Source of the DNA: an uncultured Clostridia bacterium
Lineage (GTDB): Bacteria; Bacillota; Clostridia; Oscillospirales; JAAYOS01
Reading direction: 5' to 3'
Assembly (NCBI GenBank): GCA_947593925.1
Contig: CANQDU010000001.1
Span: 141,188-205,187, forward strand
Length of the DNA stretch: 64,000 nucleotides
Below, one piece after another: positions 26,117 through 35,797 of this stretch (positions are counted from its first letter, which is position 1; each line of letters opens with the position of its first letter). The notes under the pieces were generated by a model, which ran no database searches, was not told the origin of the DNA, and was given only the letters and a program-made list of their open reading frames with translations. The position numbers were made by a program, and so were the translations under genes.

Positions 26117-27301
26117 TTACGCGCCCAGCGCCTGCATCGCGGCGAGCAGGAAGCCCGCGGCGACGGCGGAGCCGATAACGCCCGCGACGTTCGGACCCAT
26201 GGCGTGCATGAGCAGGAAGTTCGAGGGATTTGCCTTCTGACCCTCGACCTGCGACACGCGCGCCGCCATCGGGACGGCGGACACGCCGGCCGAGCCGATA
26301 AGCGGGTTGATCTTGCCGTGAGTGAGCCAGCACATGAGCTTGCCGAGCAGCAGGCCGCCGACGGTCGAGAAGCAGAACGCCAGCAGTCCGAGCGCTATGA
26401 TGCAGAGCGTGCGGACCTGGAGGAAGTTCGAGCCGACAGTCGTTGCGCCGACCGAGATGCTGAGGAATATCGTGACGATGTTCATCAGCGCGTTCTGCGC
26501 GGTGTCGCTGAGACGGTCAGTGACGCCGCACTCCTTGAGCAGGTTGCCGAGCATCAGCATACCGAGCAGCGGAGCCACGGACGGCAGAAGCAGCACGGTG
26601 AAGATGGTCACGACTATCGGGAAAATTATCTTCTCGCGCTTGGTGACGGTGCGGAGCTGCTCCATCTTTATCTCGCGCTCCTTCTTCGTCGTCAGCAGCC
26701 GCATGAGCGGAGGCTGAATGAGCGGTATCAGCGCCATGTAGCTGTACGCCGCTATCGCTATCGGGCCGAGAAGGTCGGGCGCGAGCTTGTTTGTGAGCCA
26801 GATGGCGGTCGGGCCGTCCGCGCCGCCGATGATGCCTATCGAGGCCGCCTCGTTGCCGAAGAAGCCGAGCAGCAGGGCGAGCATGAACGCGCAGTAGACG
26901 CCGAGCTGTGCCGCCGCGCCGAGGAAGAGCGACTTCGGGTTGGAGAGCAGCGGGCCGAAGTCGGTCATCGCGCCGACGCCGAGGAATATCAGCGACGGAT
27001 AGATGCCGGTCTTGACGCCGATGTAGAGTATGTCGAGCAGGCCGCCCTCATGCAGCACCTTGGAGTAGCTGATGTTCTCCGGCGCACCCGCCCACAGCTC
27101 CGGGTGATACACACCCGCACCGGGGAGGTTCGTGAGCAGCGTTCCGAACGCTATGCCGACAAGCAGCAGCGGCTCGAATTTCTTGACGATGCCCAGGTAG
27201 AGAAGAACGCACGCGACGATTATCATCACGAGGTTCTGCCAGTTTCCGCCCGCCTGGTAGAAACCGGATGTCTCCCAGACTCTCTGAATTACTTCTAACA
27301 T
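26117..27301 (-). CDS. oadB: Sodium ion-translocating decarboxylase, beta subunit
   Basis: The polytopic protein shows strong OadB/GcdB/MmdB family similarity (GIAFGTLLTNLPG, IIGGADGPT, SAGVSAVPMAARV). Confidence 0.9.
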   Translation of the reverse strand: MLEVIQRVWETSGFYQAGGNWQNLVMIIVACVLLYLGIVKKFEPLLLVGIAFGTLLTNLPGAGVYHPELWAGAPENISYSKVLHEGGLLDILYIGVKTGIYPSLIFLGVGAMTDFGPLLSNPKSLFLGAAAQLGVYCAFMLALLLGFFGNEAASIGIIGGADGPTAIWLTNKLAPDLLGPIAIAAYSYMALIPLIQPPLMRLLTTKKEREIKMEQLRTVTKREKIIFPIVVTIFTVLLLPSVAPLLGMLMLGNLLKECGVTDRLSDTAQNALMNIVTIFLSISVGATTVGSNFLQVRTLCIIALGLLAFCFSTVGGLLLGKLMCWLTHGKINPLIGSAGVSAVPMAARVSQVEGQKANPSNFLLMHAMGPNVAGVIGSAVAAGFLLAAMQALGA

Positions 27302-27330
27302 TGTGGTTAGTCCTCCCTTTCTTGTCCTCC

Positions 27331-27726
27331 TTAGCCGAGAACAACAAGCGGAGCGCCGGTATCGACGGTGCTTCCCTGGGCGGCGACTATCTGGGTAACG
27401 GTACCGTCATGCGGAGCGACGATCTCGTTTTCCATCTTCATGGCCTCGAGTATGACGAGGATCTGACCGGCCTTGACGGCCTCGCCCTGCTTGACCTTTA
27501 TCGAAAGGACGGTGCCGGGCATCGGAGCGGTGACCTGCTCGCCGGGGCCTACCGGAGCGGCGGGGGCGGGAGCCGGAGCGGCCGCAGGAGCGGGCGCGGC
27601 GGCAGGGGCGGGCGCGGCGGGGGCCGCGACTACGGGAGCGGCGTACTGACCGACTACGACGGCCTCGCCCTTCTCCACTTCTACCTCGTAGGTGGTGCCG
27701 TTAAGAGTGACCTTGTACTTTTTCAT
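27331..27726 (-). CDS. Biotin carboxyl carrier subunit (biotinyl domain)
   Basis: A Pro/Ala linker precedes the biotinylation motif EAMKMENEI. Confidence 0.85.
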   Translation of the reverse strand: MKKYKVTLNGTTYEVEVEKGEAVVVGQYAAPVVAAPAAPAPAAAPAPAAAPAPAPAAPVGPGEQVTAPMPGTVLSIKVKQGEAVKAGQILVILEAMKMENEIVAPHDGTVTQIVAAQGSTVDTGAPLVVLG

Positions 27727-27749
27727 GATAAAAACCTTCCTTCCTTATA

Positions 27750-28247
27750 TTAGACACGCTTTATCGAATTGAAGAAGAGCTCGTCGGGCTCGCAGCCCAT
27801 CTCATCCGCGACGATCGCCATTATCATGGCGGCGCTCTTTTCGTCAACGTCCGTAAGCTCCGTACCGTCAACGATCCTTCCGCCTTCCGGCACGCGCTTG
27901 ATGGAGTTTATGCGGAGCTCCTCCGGCTCGCAGCCCATTTCGTCCGCCACGGTCGCGATAAGCATCGCGGCGGTCTTTGCGGGCATACGGAGCGCGGGAG
28001 CCGGCTTCTTCGCGGCGGGAGCCGCGGGTGCGGCGGCGGCCGGTGCGGGGGCCGGAGCCGCCGGAGCGGGCGCGGCCTTGGGAGCCGACGCCTTCTCGCT
28101 TATCGCGCCCATTATCTTGATGACTATCATCAGCGCGAACAGCGCGGCAAAGACTATCGCTATACCGAGCAGGGCGTAGCCGAGGCCGGTGCCGAGGCCG
28201 AGCTCTATGCCGGTCGTGCCGGCTTCATGAAAGAATTTACCCAGCAT
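27750..28247 (-). CDS. OadG-family small subunit with duplicated C-terminal motif
   Basis: An N-terminal TM helix (ALLGIAIVFAALFALMIVI) and an Ala/Pro linker are followed by two copies of A(M)xIAxVADEMGCEPxELxxNSIKRV. Confidence 0.6.
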   Translation of the reverse strand: MLGKFFHEAGTTGIELGLGTGLGYALLGIAIVFAALFALMIVIKIMGAISEKASAPKAAPAPAAPAPAPAAAAPAAPAAKKPAPALRMPAKTAAMLIATVADEMGCEPEELRINSIKRVPEGGRIVDGTELTDVDEKSAAMIMAIVADEMGCEPDELFFNSIKRV

Positions 28248-28259
28248 TTATCTCACCTC

Positions 28260-29639
28260 TTATATCTCGGTGATGGTGAACTTCGCGGTGTTGTCCTCGC
28301 GCTCCTTGCGCTTCTTGAGGAACTTCTCTGCCTGAGCCGGGAAGGCGATGTAGCTGAGAACGTCCTCCTCGCTCTTCGCGAGGTCGCCTATCTCCTTCTT
28401 CGCGTCCGGAATGCCGGGCTTGAGCGTGTCGGCATAGCGGCCGGTTATCGGCTTCTCGTCGCCGAGGATTTTCTTGACGACCTCCGGGTCCATCGGGCCG
28501 GGAGCGATGCCGTACTCGCCGCGGACGTAGGAGGTTATCTCCTTGGAGACGTTCTTGTAGCGCTCGCCCGCGAGGACGTTCGAAACAGCCTGAACGCCGA
28601 CCATCTGGCTCATCGGGGTGACGAGCGGCGGATAGCCGAGGTCCTTGCGGACGCGCGGAGTCTCCGCAAGAACTTCGTCGATGCGGTCCATGGCGTTCTG
28701 CGCCTTGAGCTGTGCGACGAGGTTGGAGAGCATGCCGCCGGGGATCTGATAGTTCAGCGCGTCGGTCTTGGTCTCCATGACGAACGGGTCGAGCAGGCCG
28801 CTCTGGAGATACTCGTTCTTAATCGGCTTGAAGTAGTCGTTTATCTCCTTGAGGCAGTCGTCCTTGAGGTCTATCTCATAGCCAAGCTGACGCAGGGCGT
28901 AGACCATGGACTCGGTCGCGGGCTGGCTCGTGCCGCCGGAGAGGCAGCTTATCGAGGTGTCGATGATGTCCGCGCCCGCCTCGACGGCCTTGACAAGCGT
29001 CATCGGGCCGAGGCCGGTGGTGGAATGGGTGTGCAGATCGACCGGCAGGTCGCCGACGGTCTCCTTGATGGCCTTAACGAGGTCGTATGCCTCCTTCGGC
29101 CCCATGATGCCCGCCATGTCCTTGATGCAGATGGAGTCCGCGCCCATCTCCTTCATCTGCTTTGTCATCTTGGCGTACGCCTCGAGGGTGTGCACCGGGG
29201 ATGTGGTGTAGCTGATGGCCACCTGTGCCTCGCCGCCGGCCTTGTGCGTCTCGTTGATGCAGAGCTCGACGTTGCGCAGGTCGTTGAGCGCGTCGAATAT
29301 GCGGATGATGTCGATACCGTTATCGACGGACTTGTGGACGAATGCCTTCACGACGTCGTCCGGATAGTGCTTGTAGCCGAGCAGGTTCTGTCCGCGCAGC
29401 AGCATCTGGAGCTTCGTGTGCTTGACGGCGGAACGGATCTTGCGGAGGCGCTCCCACGGGTCCTCGTCGAGGTAGCGAAGGCAGCTGTCAAACGTCGCGC
29501 CGCCCCAGCACTCGAGCGAATAGTAACCCGCCTTGTCCATCGTCTCGAGGATGCCTTTGAATTTTTCGTAGGGCATTCTCGTCGCCAGCAGAGACTGCTG
29601 AGCGTCACGAAGGACGGTTTCCGTGAATTGTACTTTCAT
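28260..29639 (-). CDS. oadA: Oxaloacetate decarboxylase alpha subunit / carboxyltransferase (5S-type, no fused biotin domain)
   Basis: TETVLRDAQQSL and the HMGL-like TIM barrel with HTHSTTG are present, along with a PYC_OADA C-terminal region. Confidence 0.9.
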   Translation of the reverse strand: MKVQFTETVLRDAQQSLLATRMPYEKFKGILETMDKAGYYSLECWGGATFDSCLRYLDEDPWERLRKIRSAVKHTKLQMLLRGQNLLGYKHYPDDVVKAFVHKSVDNGIDIIRIFDALNDLRNVELCINETHKAGGEAQVAISYTTSPVHTLEAYAKMTKQMKEMGADSICIKDMAGIMGPKEAYDLVKAIKETVGDLPVDLHTHSTTGLGPMTLVKAVEAGADIIDTSISCLSGGTSQPATESMVYALRQLGYEIDLKDDCLKEINDYFKPIKNEYLQSGLLDPFVMETKTDALNYQIPGGMLSNLVAQLKAQNAMDRIDEVLAETPRVRKDLGYPPLVTPMSQMVGVQAVSNVLAGERYKNVSKEITSYVRGEYGIAPGPMDPEVVKKILGDEKPITGRYADTLKPGIPDAKKEIGDLAKSEEDVLSYIAFPAQAEKFLKKRKEREDNTAKFTITEI

Positions 29640-29927
29640 AACAAACCTCCTGTATGAGAATTTCGGTCGGCGCGAACGGCAGTCCGACCGTCATTCCCGC
29701 CCATTTTGAACTCTCTGGAATAATCTTACCGCAGTCGCCCGCCAAAAGCAAGCCAAAAAACGGGATTTTGGCAAAATTTTTTCAAAGTGATTGACTTCCG
29801 CCCCTGTTTGAGATACGCTTAGAGCAGATTGCACAAGAAGCCTTTCAAACGCGAAGATCCTCTTCTCGGGCGCCGGGGCTCTGTAAAAATTGAAAGAAAC
29901 ATATTCGTTATTTGCAGGAGGTGCGAA

Positions 29928-31454
29928 ATGGCGTATTTTCTCGGAATAGACGTTGGAACGAGCGGCCTCAAGAGCGTCCTCACGGACGAGCGCGGGCGGG
30001 TCGCGGCGGCTAAGACCGTCGAATACCCCCTCTACCAGCCGAAAAACGGCTGGGCGGAGCAGGACCCGGAGGACTGGGTGTCGGCCGCGGCGCAGTCGAT
30101 ACGCGGCGTGCTGGAGGTCTCCGGCGTGCCGGCGGAGGACGTGGTCTCGGTAGGTCTCACCGGGCAGATGCACGGGCTTGTCCTGCTTGACGGGCATGAC
30201 CGCGTGCTCCGCCGCGCCATTCTCTGGTGCGACGGACGCAGCGCCGCCGAGTGCGGCGAGATAACCGAGCGCGCCGGCGGCAGGAAGCGCCTCATAGAGC
30301 TCTGCGCGAACCCCGCCATCGCGGGATTTACCGCGTCGAAGGCGCTCTGGGTAAGGAACAACGAGCCTGAAATATGGTCTCGGGCGGTGCGGATGCTCCT
30401 CCCGAAGGACTATCTCCGCCTCCGTCTCTGCGGCGTGTACGCCTCCGACGTGAGCGACGCATCCGGCATGCAGCTCTTTGACGTCGCGCACAGGCGGTGG
30501 TCGGACGAGCTCTGCCGCGCGCTCGACATACCGATGTCGATGCTCCCCGAGGTCTACGAGAGCCCGGAGGTCTGCGGCAAAATAACCGCCGAGGCGGCGG
30601 CGCTCACCGGCCTCAAAGTGGGGACGCCGGTAGTCGCGGGCGCGGGCGACAACGCCGCCTCCGCTGTCGGGATGGGCGTCGTGCACGACGGAGACGCATT
30701 CGTGTCGATAGGCAGCTCGGGCGTCGTCTTCGCGCACACGAGCGAGCCGCGCTTCGACGCGGACGGCCGTGCGCACACCTTCTGCTGCGCCGTACCGGGA
30801 AAGTGGCACATGATGGGCGTCACCCAGGGCGCGGGACTCTCGCTCAAGTGGTTCCGGGACACGCTCGCGGGCGACCTGCGCGCCCGCGCGGAGCGCGAGG
30901 GTCGGAACGTCTACGCCGTAATAGACGAGGAGGCGGAGCGGAGCCCGATAGGCTCGAACCGCCTCGTGTTCCTCCCCTACCTCATGGGCGAGCGGACGCC
31001 GCACCTAGACCCCTCGGCGCGCGGGGTGTTCTTTGGCCTCAGCGCCTCGCACACGCTCGGCGACCTCGCGCGGGCGGTGATGGAGGGAGTCACCTTCTCG
31101 CTCCGCGACTGCCTCGAGGTGCTCGGCGACGCGGGCGTCCGCCCCACCTCGCTCATAGCCTGCGGAGGCGGCGGCACGAGCGCGCTCTGGCGCGACATGC
31201 TCTGCTCCGCGCTTGAGACGCCGATAGACCTCTCGCCCTCCGCGGCGGAGGGCGCGGCGTTCGGCGCGGCTGTCCTCGCCGCGGCGGAGAGCTTCGGCTC
31301 GGTCGAAAGCGCCTGCGCCGCTATGACCTCGCGCGAGCGCGCGTGCGCGCCCGACGCACAAAAGTCCGCGGCGTATCGTCCTGTTTACGGTATTTACCGC
31401 TCCCTCTACCCCGTTCTCAGGGAAAATTATACAAATCTTGAGTCCATCGGCTGA
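29928..31454 (+). CDS. xylB: Xylulokinase (FGGY family)
   Basis: FLGIDVGTSGLKSV and GAGDNAASAVG are present. An AGGAGG RBS precedes the ATG at 29928. Confidence 0.85.
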   Translation: MAYFLGIDVGTSGLKSVLTDERGRVAAAKTVEYPLYQPKNGWAEQDPEDWVSAAAQSIRGVLEVSGVPAEDVVSVGLTGQMHGLVLLDGHDRVLRRAILWCDGRSAAECGEITERAGGRKRLIELCANPAIAGFTASKALWVRNNEPEIWSRAVRMLLPKDYLRLRLCGVYASDVSDASGMQLFDVAHRRWSDELCRALDIPMSMLPEVYESPEVCGKITAEAAALTGLKVGTPVVAGAGDNAASAVGMGVVHDGDAFVSIGSSGVVFAHTSEPRFDADGRAHTFCCAVPGKWHMMGVTQGAGLSLKWFRDTLAGDLRARAEREGRNVYAVIDEEAERSPIGSNRLVFLPYLMGERTPHLDPSARGVFFGLSASHTLGDLARAVMEGVTFSLRDCLEVLGDAGVRPTSLIACGGGGTSALWRDMLCSALETPIDLSPSAAEGAAFGAAVLAAAESFGSVESACAAMTSRERACAPDAQKSAAYRPVYGIYRSLYPVLRENYTNLESIG

Positions 31455-31471
31455 TTTTTCCGGCTTCGGTA

Positions 31472-31500
31472 TTGAAAAAAACGCCGCTCCACAATATAAT
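31472..31500 (+). promoter_or_regulatory. Candidate sigma-A promoter of the transketolase genes
   Basis: TTGAAA (31472-77) and TATAAT (31495-500) are separated by 17 nt. Confidence 0.5.
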
Positions 31501-31563
31501 GGTATAGCGTAAAGACACAGGCTTTGACCACAGTCATGTGTTTTGACCGGGAGGCTGATATAT

Positions 31564-32418
31564 ATGGATCCTGTCGAAAAGCGGCGGCTCGAGGCGACGG
31601 CCTGCCGCATCCGCATCGGAATAATCGAAGGCGTGTACAGCGCGAAGAGCGGTCACCCGGGGGGGAGTCTCTCGGCGGCGGACCTGCTCGCGTACCTCTA
31701 TTTCAAGGAGATGAACGTCCGCCCGGAGGAGCCGGACTGGCCGGACCGCGACCGTTTCGTTCTCTCGAAGGGTCACGCCGCGCCCGCGCTCTACGCGGCG
31801 CTCGCCGAGCGCGGATACTTCCCCCCGGAGGAGCTGAAGACGCTCCGCCACATCGGCAGTCATCTTCAGGGCCACCCGAACATGCGCCTCACGCCCGGCG
31901 TGGATATGTCCACCGGCAGTCTCGGACAGGGCGTCTCGGCGGCGGTCGGCATGGCCATAGCCGGGAAGCTCGGAAAGAAGGACTACCGCGTCTACGCTCT
32001 CTGCGGAGACGGCGAGAGTCAGGAGGGCGAGGTCTGGGAGGCGCTGATGAGCGCCGCGCACTACTCGCTTGATAACTTCGCCGTTGCGATAGACTGCAAC
32101 GGTCTCCAGATAGACGGGCGCGTGTCGGAGGTCATGAGCCTCGACCCGCTCGCGGAGAAGCTCGAGGCGTTCGGCTTCTTCACTCAGACGGTGGACGGTC
32201 ACGACTTTGACGCGCTCGAGAGCGCATACGGCCGCGCGAGGCTCGAGAAGGGACGTCCGAGCGCGATAATTCTCAAGACCGTGAAGGGCAAGGGCGTCAG
32301 CTTCATGGAGGACAAGGCCGGCTGGCACGGCAAGGGTCCCAACGCCGAGGAGTACGGGCTCGCGATGGGCGAGCTTCGGACAAGGCTCGGCGAACTCGTC
32401 GGAGGTGAGGAGAAATGA
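31564..32418 (+). CDS. Transketolase, N-terminal subunit
   Basis: SGHPGGSLS and LSKGHAAPALY are the TPP-binding half. A GGGAGG RBS lies 9 nt upstream of the ATG at 31564. Confidence 0.9.
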   Translation: MDPVEKRRLEATACRIRIGIIEGVYSAKSGHPGGSLSAADLLAYLYFKEMNVRPEEPDWPDRDRFVLSKGHAAPALYAALAERGYFPPEELKTLRHIGSHLQGHPNMRLTPGVDMSTGSLGQGVSAAVGMAIAGKLGKKDYRVYALCGDGESQEGEVWEALMSAAHYSLDNFAVAIDCNGLQIDGRVSEVMSLDPLAEKLEAFGFFTQTVDGHDFDALESAYGRARLEKGRPSAIILKTVKGKGVSFMEDKAGWHGKGPNAEEYGLAMGELRTRLGELVGGEEK

Positions 32419-33356
32419 GCGAAATAAAAGCCGCCACCCGCGACGGGTTCGGACGTGAGCTCGCGGCTCTCGGCCGCGAGCACCCCGACATAGTCGCGCT
32501 GAACGCCGACCTCTCCGAGACGACGCGCACCGGCTACTTCCAGAAGGAGTTCCCGGATCGGTTCTTCAACTGCGGCATAGCCGAGGCGAACATGATGGGC
32601 ATAGCGGCGGGGCTCGCGTCCTGCGGATACGTCCCGTTCGTATCGAGCTTTGCGATGTTTGCGGCGGGGCGCGCGTTCGAGCAGGTCAGGAACTCGATAG
32701 GCTACCCGCACCTCAACGTCAAGATAGGCGCGAGCCACGCCGGAATAAGCGTCGGCGAGGACGGCGCGAGCCACCAGTGCTGTGAGGACATCGCGCTCAT
32801 GCGCACCATTCCCGGCATGACGATACTCTGCCCCGCGGACGAGCCGGAGGCCCGCGCCGCGACCCGCGCCGCGTACCACCGCGAAGGGCCGGTCTATCTG
32901 CGGGTGAGCCGGTTCGCGACGCCGGTGATAAGCGACCACTCGGCAAAGTTTGAGATAGGCAAGGGCGTCCTGCTCCGTCCGGGCAGCGACGTCGCGATAA
33001 TCGCCTGCGGGATAATGGTGCCGGAGGCGCTGGATGCGGCGAAGGCGCTCGCGGCGGAAGGCATCTCCGCCCGCGTGATAAACATGCACACGGTAAAGCC
33101 GCTCGACCGAGACATAGTCGCCGCCGCCGCGCGCGAGTGCCGTGCGATAGTCACGGCGGAGGAGCACAGCGTCATCGGCGGCCTCGGCGAGGCGGTCTGC
33201 TCGTTCGTCTCCGAGAACTGCCCCGTGCCGGTGAGGCGCGTCGGCGTGAACGACGAGTTCGGAATGTCCGGCCCCGCCGCCGACCTGCTGAAGCACTTCG
33301 GTCTCTCTGCGGAGAATATAGCCGCCGCCGCGCGGAGCCTCGTAAAAAACAAATAA
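32415..33356 (+). CDS. Transketolase, C-terminal subunit
   Basis: It is the pyrimidine-binding and C-terminal half (FNCGIAEANMMG, SHAGISVGEDGASHQ). It overlaps the N-terminal subunit gene by 4 nt. Confidence 0.9.
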   Translation: MSEIKAATRDGFGRELAALGREHPDIVALNADLSETTRTGYFQKEFPDRFFNCGIAEANMMGIAAGLASCGYVPFVSSFAMFAAGRAFEQVRNSIGYPHLNVKIGASHAGISVGEDGASHQCCEDIALMRTIPGMTILCPADEPEARAATRAAYHREGPVYLRVSRFATPVISDHSAKFEIGKGVLLRPGSDVAIIACGIMVPEALDAAKALAAEGISARVINMHTVKPLDRDIVAAAARECRAIVTAEEHSVIGGLGEAVCSFVSENCPVPVRRVGVNDEFGMSGPAADLLKHFGLSAENIAAAARSLVKNK

Positions 33357-33365
33357 AGCTACAGC

Positions 33366-33398
33366 AAAACAGCGGAGCCAAGCGGCTCCGCTGTTTTT
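33366..33398. terminator. Bidirectional terminator
   Basis: A 10-bp stem (cagcggagcc/ggctccgctg) is flanked by AAAA and TTTTT. Confidence 0.65.
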
Positions 33399-33428
33399 AT
33401 GCAGTTGCGCACCCACTCGGGCGCACGG

Positions 33429-34415
33429 TCAGTATGTGAATTGCAGATTCACCGTGAGGTGGAACCTCTCTCCCGTTCCGTCGTCGTTCTCGCAGAACTC
33501 CAGCGTGAGGCGGTACGGGTACTCGGTCTCCATGGTCTTGCCGATCTCGCGCTCAAATGTCACCTGACAAAAATACTTATTCCCGCTTGTCCAAACATCG
33601 CTGACGTACCGGCTTCCGGCCGTTTCCTCCGTCCTGAACACGCGGTCGCTCACGTCCTGCCACTCGCCGTCCTTCTGCATCTCGAGGGTGGTCTTTGCGC
33701 GGTCGAGGCAGATACCCGTGCCGTCGTTGCTTCGCAGGACGAAGTCCATCGCGGCAACATTGCTAGGATCGTACAACAGGCAGGTCGAGATCACGTCAAA
33801 CCGCTTCTCCGTCGCCTCGGGAACGGTAAGCGTAAACGTGATGTGGTACAACTCGTCGCCGGTGGTGTAATGATAATACTCCATGGTCTCCGACTCCCGG
33901 AAGTACAGCGTACAGCGGTAAGTTCCCGGGTCGCTTACGGGTATGCCGAATAAAGTCCACACACTTTCCCCCGCTCCCATGCCCGCATAAGGCGGCTCGC
34001 CGAACATCAGCAGGCTCGTAAAGTCGACCGCAAGCTCGTCGTTGTACTCGACCCACTCGCCGTCCTCAAGGCGCTCTACATGGCTCTTGGGATAGCTGTC
34101 CTCATCACCAACCGCTCTTCCGTTCTTGTAGAGCGCCGATGTGAAGGCTATATCCTTCGACGCCGCGAGTCTCACCCCCGCCTCGTCGTACATCGCATAT
34201 TGCATCCGGTCCCACACGATGCTCTCCGCCCGGAGGATGTCGACGTCCCCCTCGCAGTCCGTTATCTGCGTTTCGGGACGGCTGAAGGTGTACACGTCGC
34301 GCACCATTCCGAACTCGGGGTTCGGGTCACGCGCCCGAAGCACGAGCGCCTCCGCCACAGCAAGCGCGGCAAATACCAATATCGTCGCCGCCGCAAAAAG
34401 TATCTTCTTTTTCAT
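33429..34415 (-). CDS. Secreted protein of unknown function (paralog of 1489..2586)
   Basis: A signal peptide (MKKKILFAAATILVFAALAV) is present. The motifs LE..DGEW..V, PGTYRCTLYF and the C-terminal YRLTLEFCENDDGTGERFHLTVNLQF are shared with the paralog. Confidence 0.6.
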   Translation of the reverse strand: MKKKILFAAATILVFAALAVAEALVLRARDPNPEFGMVRDVYTFSRPETQITDCEGDVDILRAESIVWDRMQYAMYDEAGVRLAASKDIAFTSALYKNGRAVGDEDSYPKSHVERLEDGEWVEYNDELAVDFTSLLMFGEPPYAGMGAGESVWTLFGIPVSDPGTYRCTLYFRESETMEYYHYTTGDELYHITFTLTVPEATEKRFDVISTCLLYDPSNVAAMDFVLRSNDGTGICLDRAKTTLEMQKDGEWQDVSDRVFRTEETAGSRYVSDVWTSGNKYFCQVTFEREIGKTMETEYPYRLTLEFCENDDGTGERFHLTVNLQFTY

Positions 34416-34525
34416 TCCGATTACCTCCTTCTACCGGCGTTTCCGGTGTTCTGCCTGTATATGTCCGAAGGAGGCGTTTTGAGGACAAAAATTTTTCAAA
34501 ATTCTAAAAAATTTTTTCGCGGCGG

Positions 34526-34553
34526 AGCGGCGGGCGCAGATGCGCCCGCCGCT
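34526..34553 (-). terminator. Possible spo0A terminator hairpin
   Basis: The stem is agcggcgggcgca/tgcgcccgccgct. On the minus strand the T-run lies a few nt away. Confidence 0.4.
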
Positions 34554-34617
34554 GTCCGTCGCAGATGCCCGCGCGGCGCTACGCACGCGCCGCGCTCACG
34601 CGGTCTTCCGCGAGTCT

Positions 34618-35358
34618 CTACCTCACCGCTCCGCGCTGTAGGCGGAGCCGGTCGGCGATTATCGCTATGAACTCGGAGTTTGTCGGCTTGCCCTTGACGC
34701 TCGAAACGGTGTAGCCGAAGTATTTCTGCAATACCTCGAGGTCGCCTCTGTCCCACGCGACTTCGATCGCGTGGCGAATAGCGCGCTCGACGCGGCTCGG
34801 CGTCGTGCCGAAGCGGCTAGCGACCGCCGGGTAAAGCTGCTTTGTGACGGCGTTGATGTACTCCGGCGTCTCCGCCGAGAGAATTATCGCCTCGCGTATG
34901 TAGCCGTAGCCCTTGATGTGCGCGGGAACGCCTATCTCGTGCATTATCTCAGTGACGCGGCTCTCGAGGCTCGCGCTCTTTGCCGCCGCGCTCCGCCCAA
35001 GCACCTGTTCCGCCGCCGCCTGCATGGTCGAGGCGCGGAAGGGCTTCGCCACGAAGTACTCCGCGCCGGCGTCGTAGGCGAGCAGCGCCGTGTCCTCGCG
35101 GACGAAGTTCCCCACGGCTATCATCCTCGGCGCGTCCTCACGTCCGCGCAGCTCGCGCATGAGGCAGAGCCCGTCCAATTCGGGAAGTATCATCTCGGTC
35201 ACGAGCAGGCGCGGGTTCTTCTCCTCGACGAGGTTCAGCGCCTCCTCTCCGCTCGCGGCGCAGCCCACCACGTCGATACCCGCGCTTTTCAGCGCCTCGG
35301 TTATCGTCTCGCGCGAGGTCTCGCTCGCATCCGCCACTATCGCAGTTCTTCCGTTCAT
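34618..35358 (-). CDS. spo0A: Stage 0 sporulation protein A (Spo0A) with atypical receiver domain
   Basis: The C-terminal domain is diagnostic ([47 protein letters not shown]). The receiver reads VADAS and [13 protein letters not shown] instead of VADDN and LVLDIIMPHLDG. Confidence 0.85.
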   Translation of the reverse strand: MNGRTAIVADASETSRETITEALKSAGIDVVGCAASGEEALNLVEEKNPRLLVTEMILPELDGLCLMRELRGREDAPRMIAVGNFVREDTALLAYDAGAEYFVAKPFRASTMQAAAEQVLGRSAAAKSASLESRVTEIMHEIGVPAHIKGYGYIREAIILSAETPEYINAVTKQLYPAVASRFGTTPSRVERAIRHAIEVAWDRGDLEVLQKYFGYTVSSVKGKPTNSEFIAIIADRLRLQRGAVR

Positions 35359-35388
35359 ACAAAAACCTCCATTCTGATTTCTCTGATT

Positions 35389-35395
35389 TTCGACA
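35389..35395 (-). promoter_or_regulatory. Consensus 0A-box (TGTCGAA) upstream of spo0A
   Basis: The plus strand reads TTCGACA, which is TGTCGAA on the spo0A strand, 31-37 nt upstream of the ATG. Confidence 0.35.
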
Positions 35396-35683
35396 CTTTT
35401 CTAGCGTATATTTGCCGTATCCTTTGTCTTTTGCGCCGGAACGTGCCGTAAATTGCTAATCAAACGATACCACAGTTTTTGCCGGTGCGCAAGATATTTT
35501 TATAAAATTCTCCTGATTTTTTAACGACGATTTTTCTCATTACGTCTAAAAATTATGTAAACTCTGAACTTTTTCTCGACATTTCTTGTTTTCTCGACCG
35601 GTTTCCCTCCCGCGCGGCGGAGGCGGCAAATGCCTCCCGAAGCGTCCTCCGCGAGAAAAACTTGACTTCCGTGCGGCAAACTC

Positions 35684-35713
35684 TTGACAGAACGGGGCTT
35701 TTTGGCGTATAAT
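35684..35713 (+). promoter_or_regulatory. Candidate sigma-A promoter of the rpmH operon
   Basis: TTGACA (35684-89) and TATAAT (35708-13) are separated by 18 nt. Confidence 0.55.
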
Positions 35714-35797
35714 TCATAATGCGTCGCTCTGCCGGGGCATCGGGCCCACGAGCGGACATTCCGGAGGACGCAGGAACTTGAAGGAGGTGTCCCGAAG

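Noticed and set aside
31564-33356. Split transketolase as a disrupted gene.
   Set aside because: N- and C-terminal subunit genes with a 4-nt overlap are the standard two-gene form in many anaerobes, and both halves look intact.
35359-35797. The AT-richer spacer next to rpmH as the replication origin (oriC).
   Set aside because: I found no TTATCCACA-like DnaA box (best candidate gataccaca has about 4 mismatches), and dnaA is not adjacent. It is kept only as a strand-switch observation that needs whole-genome GC skew.
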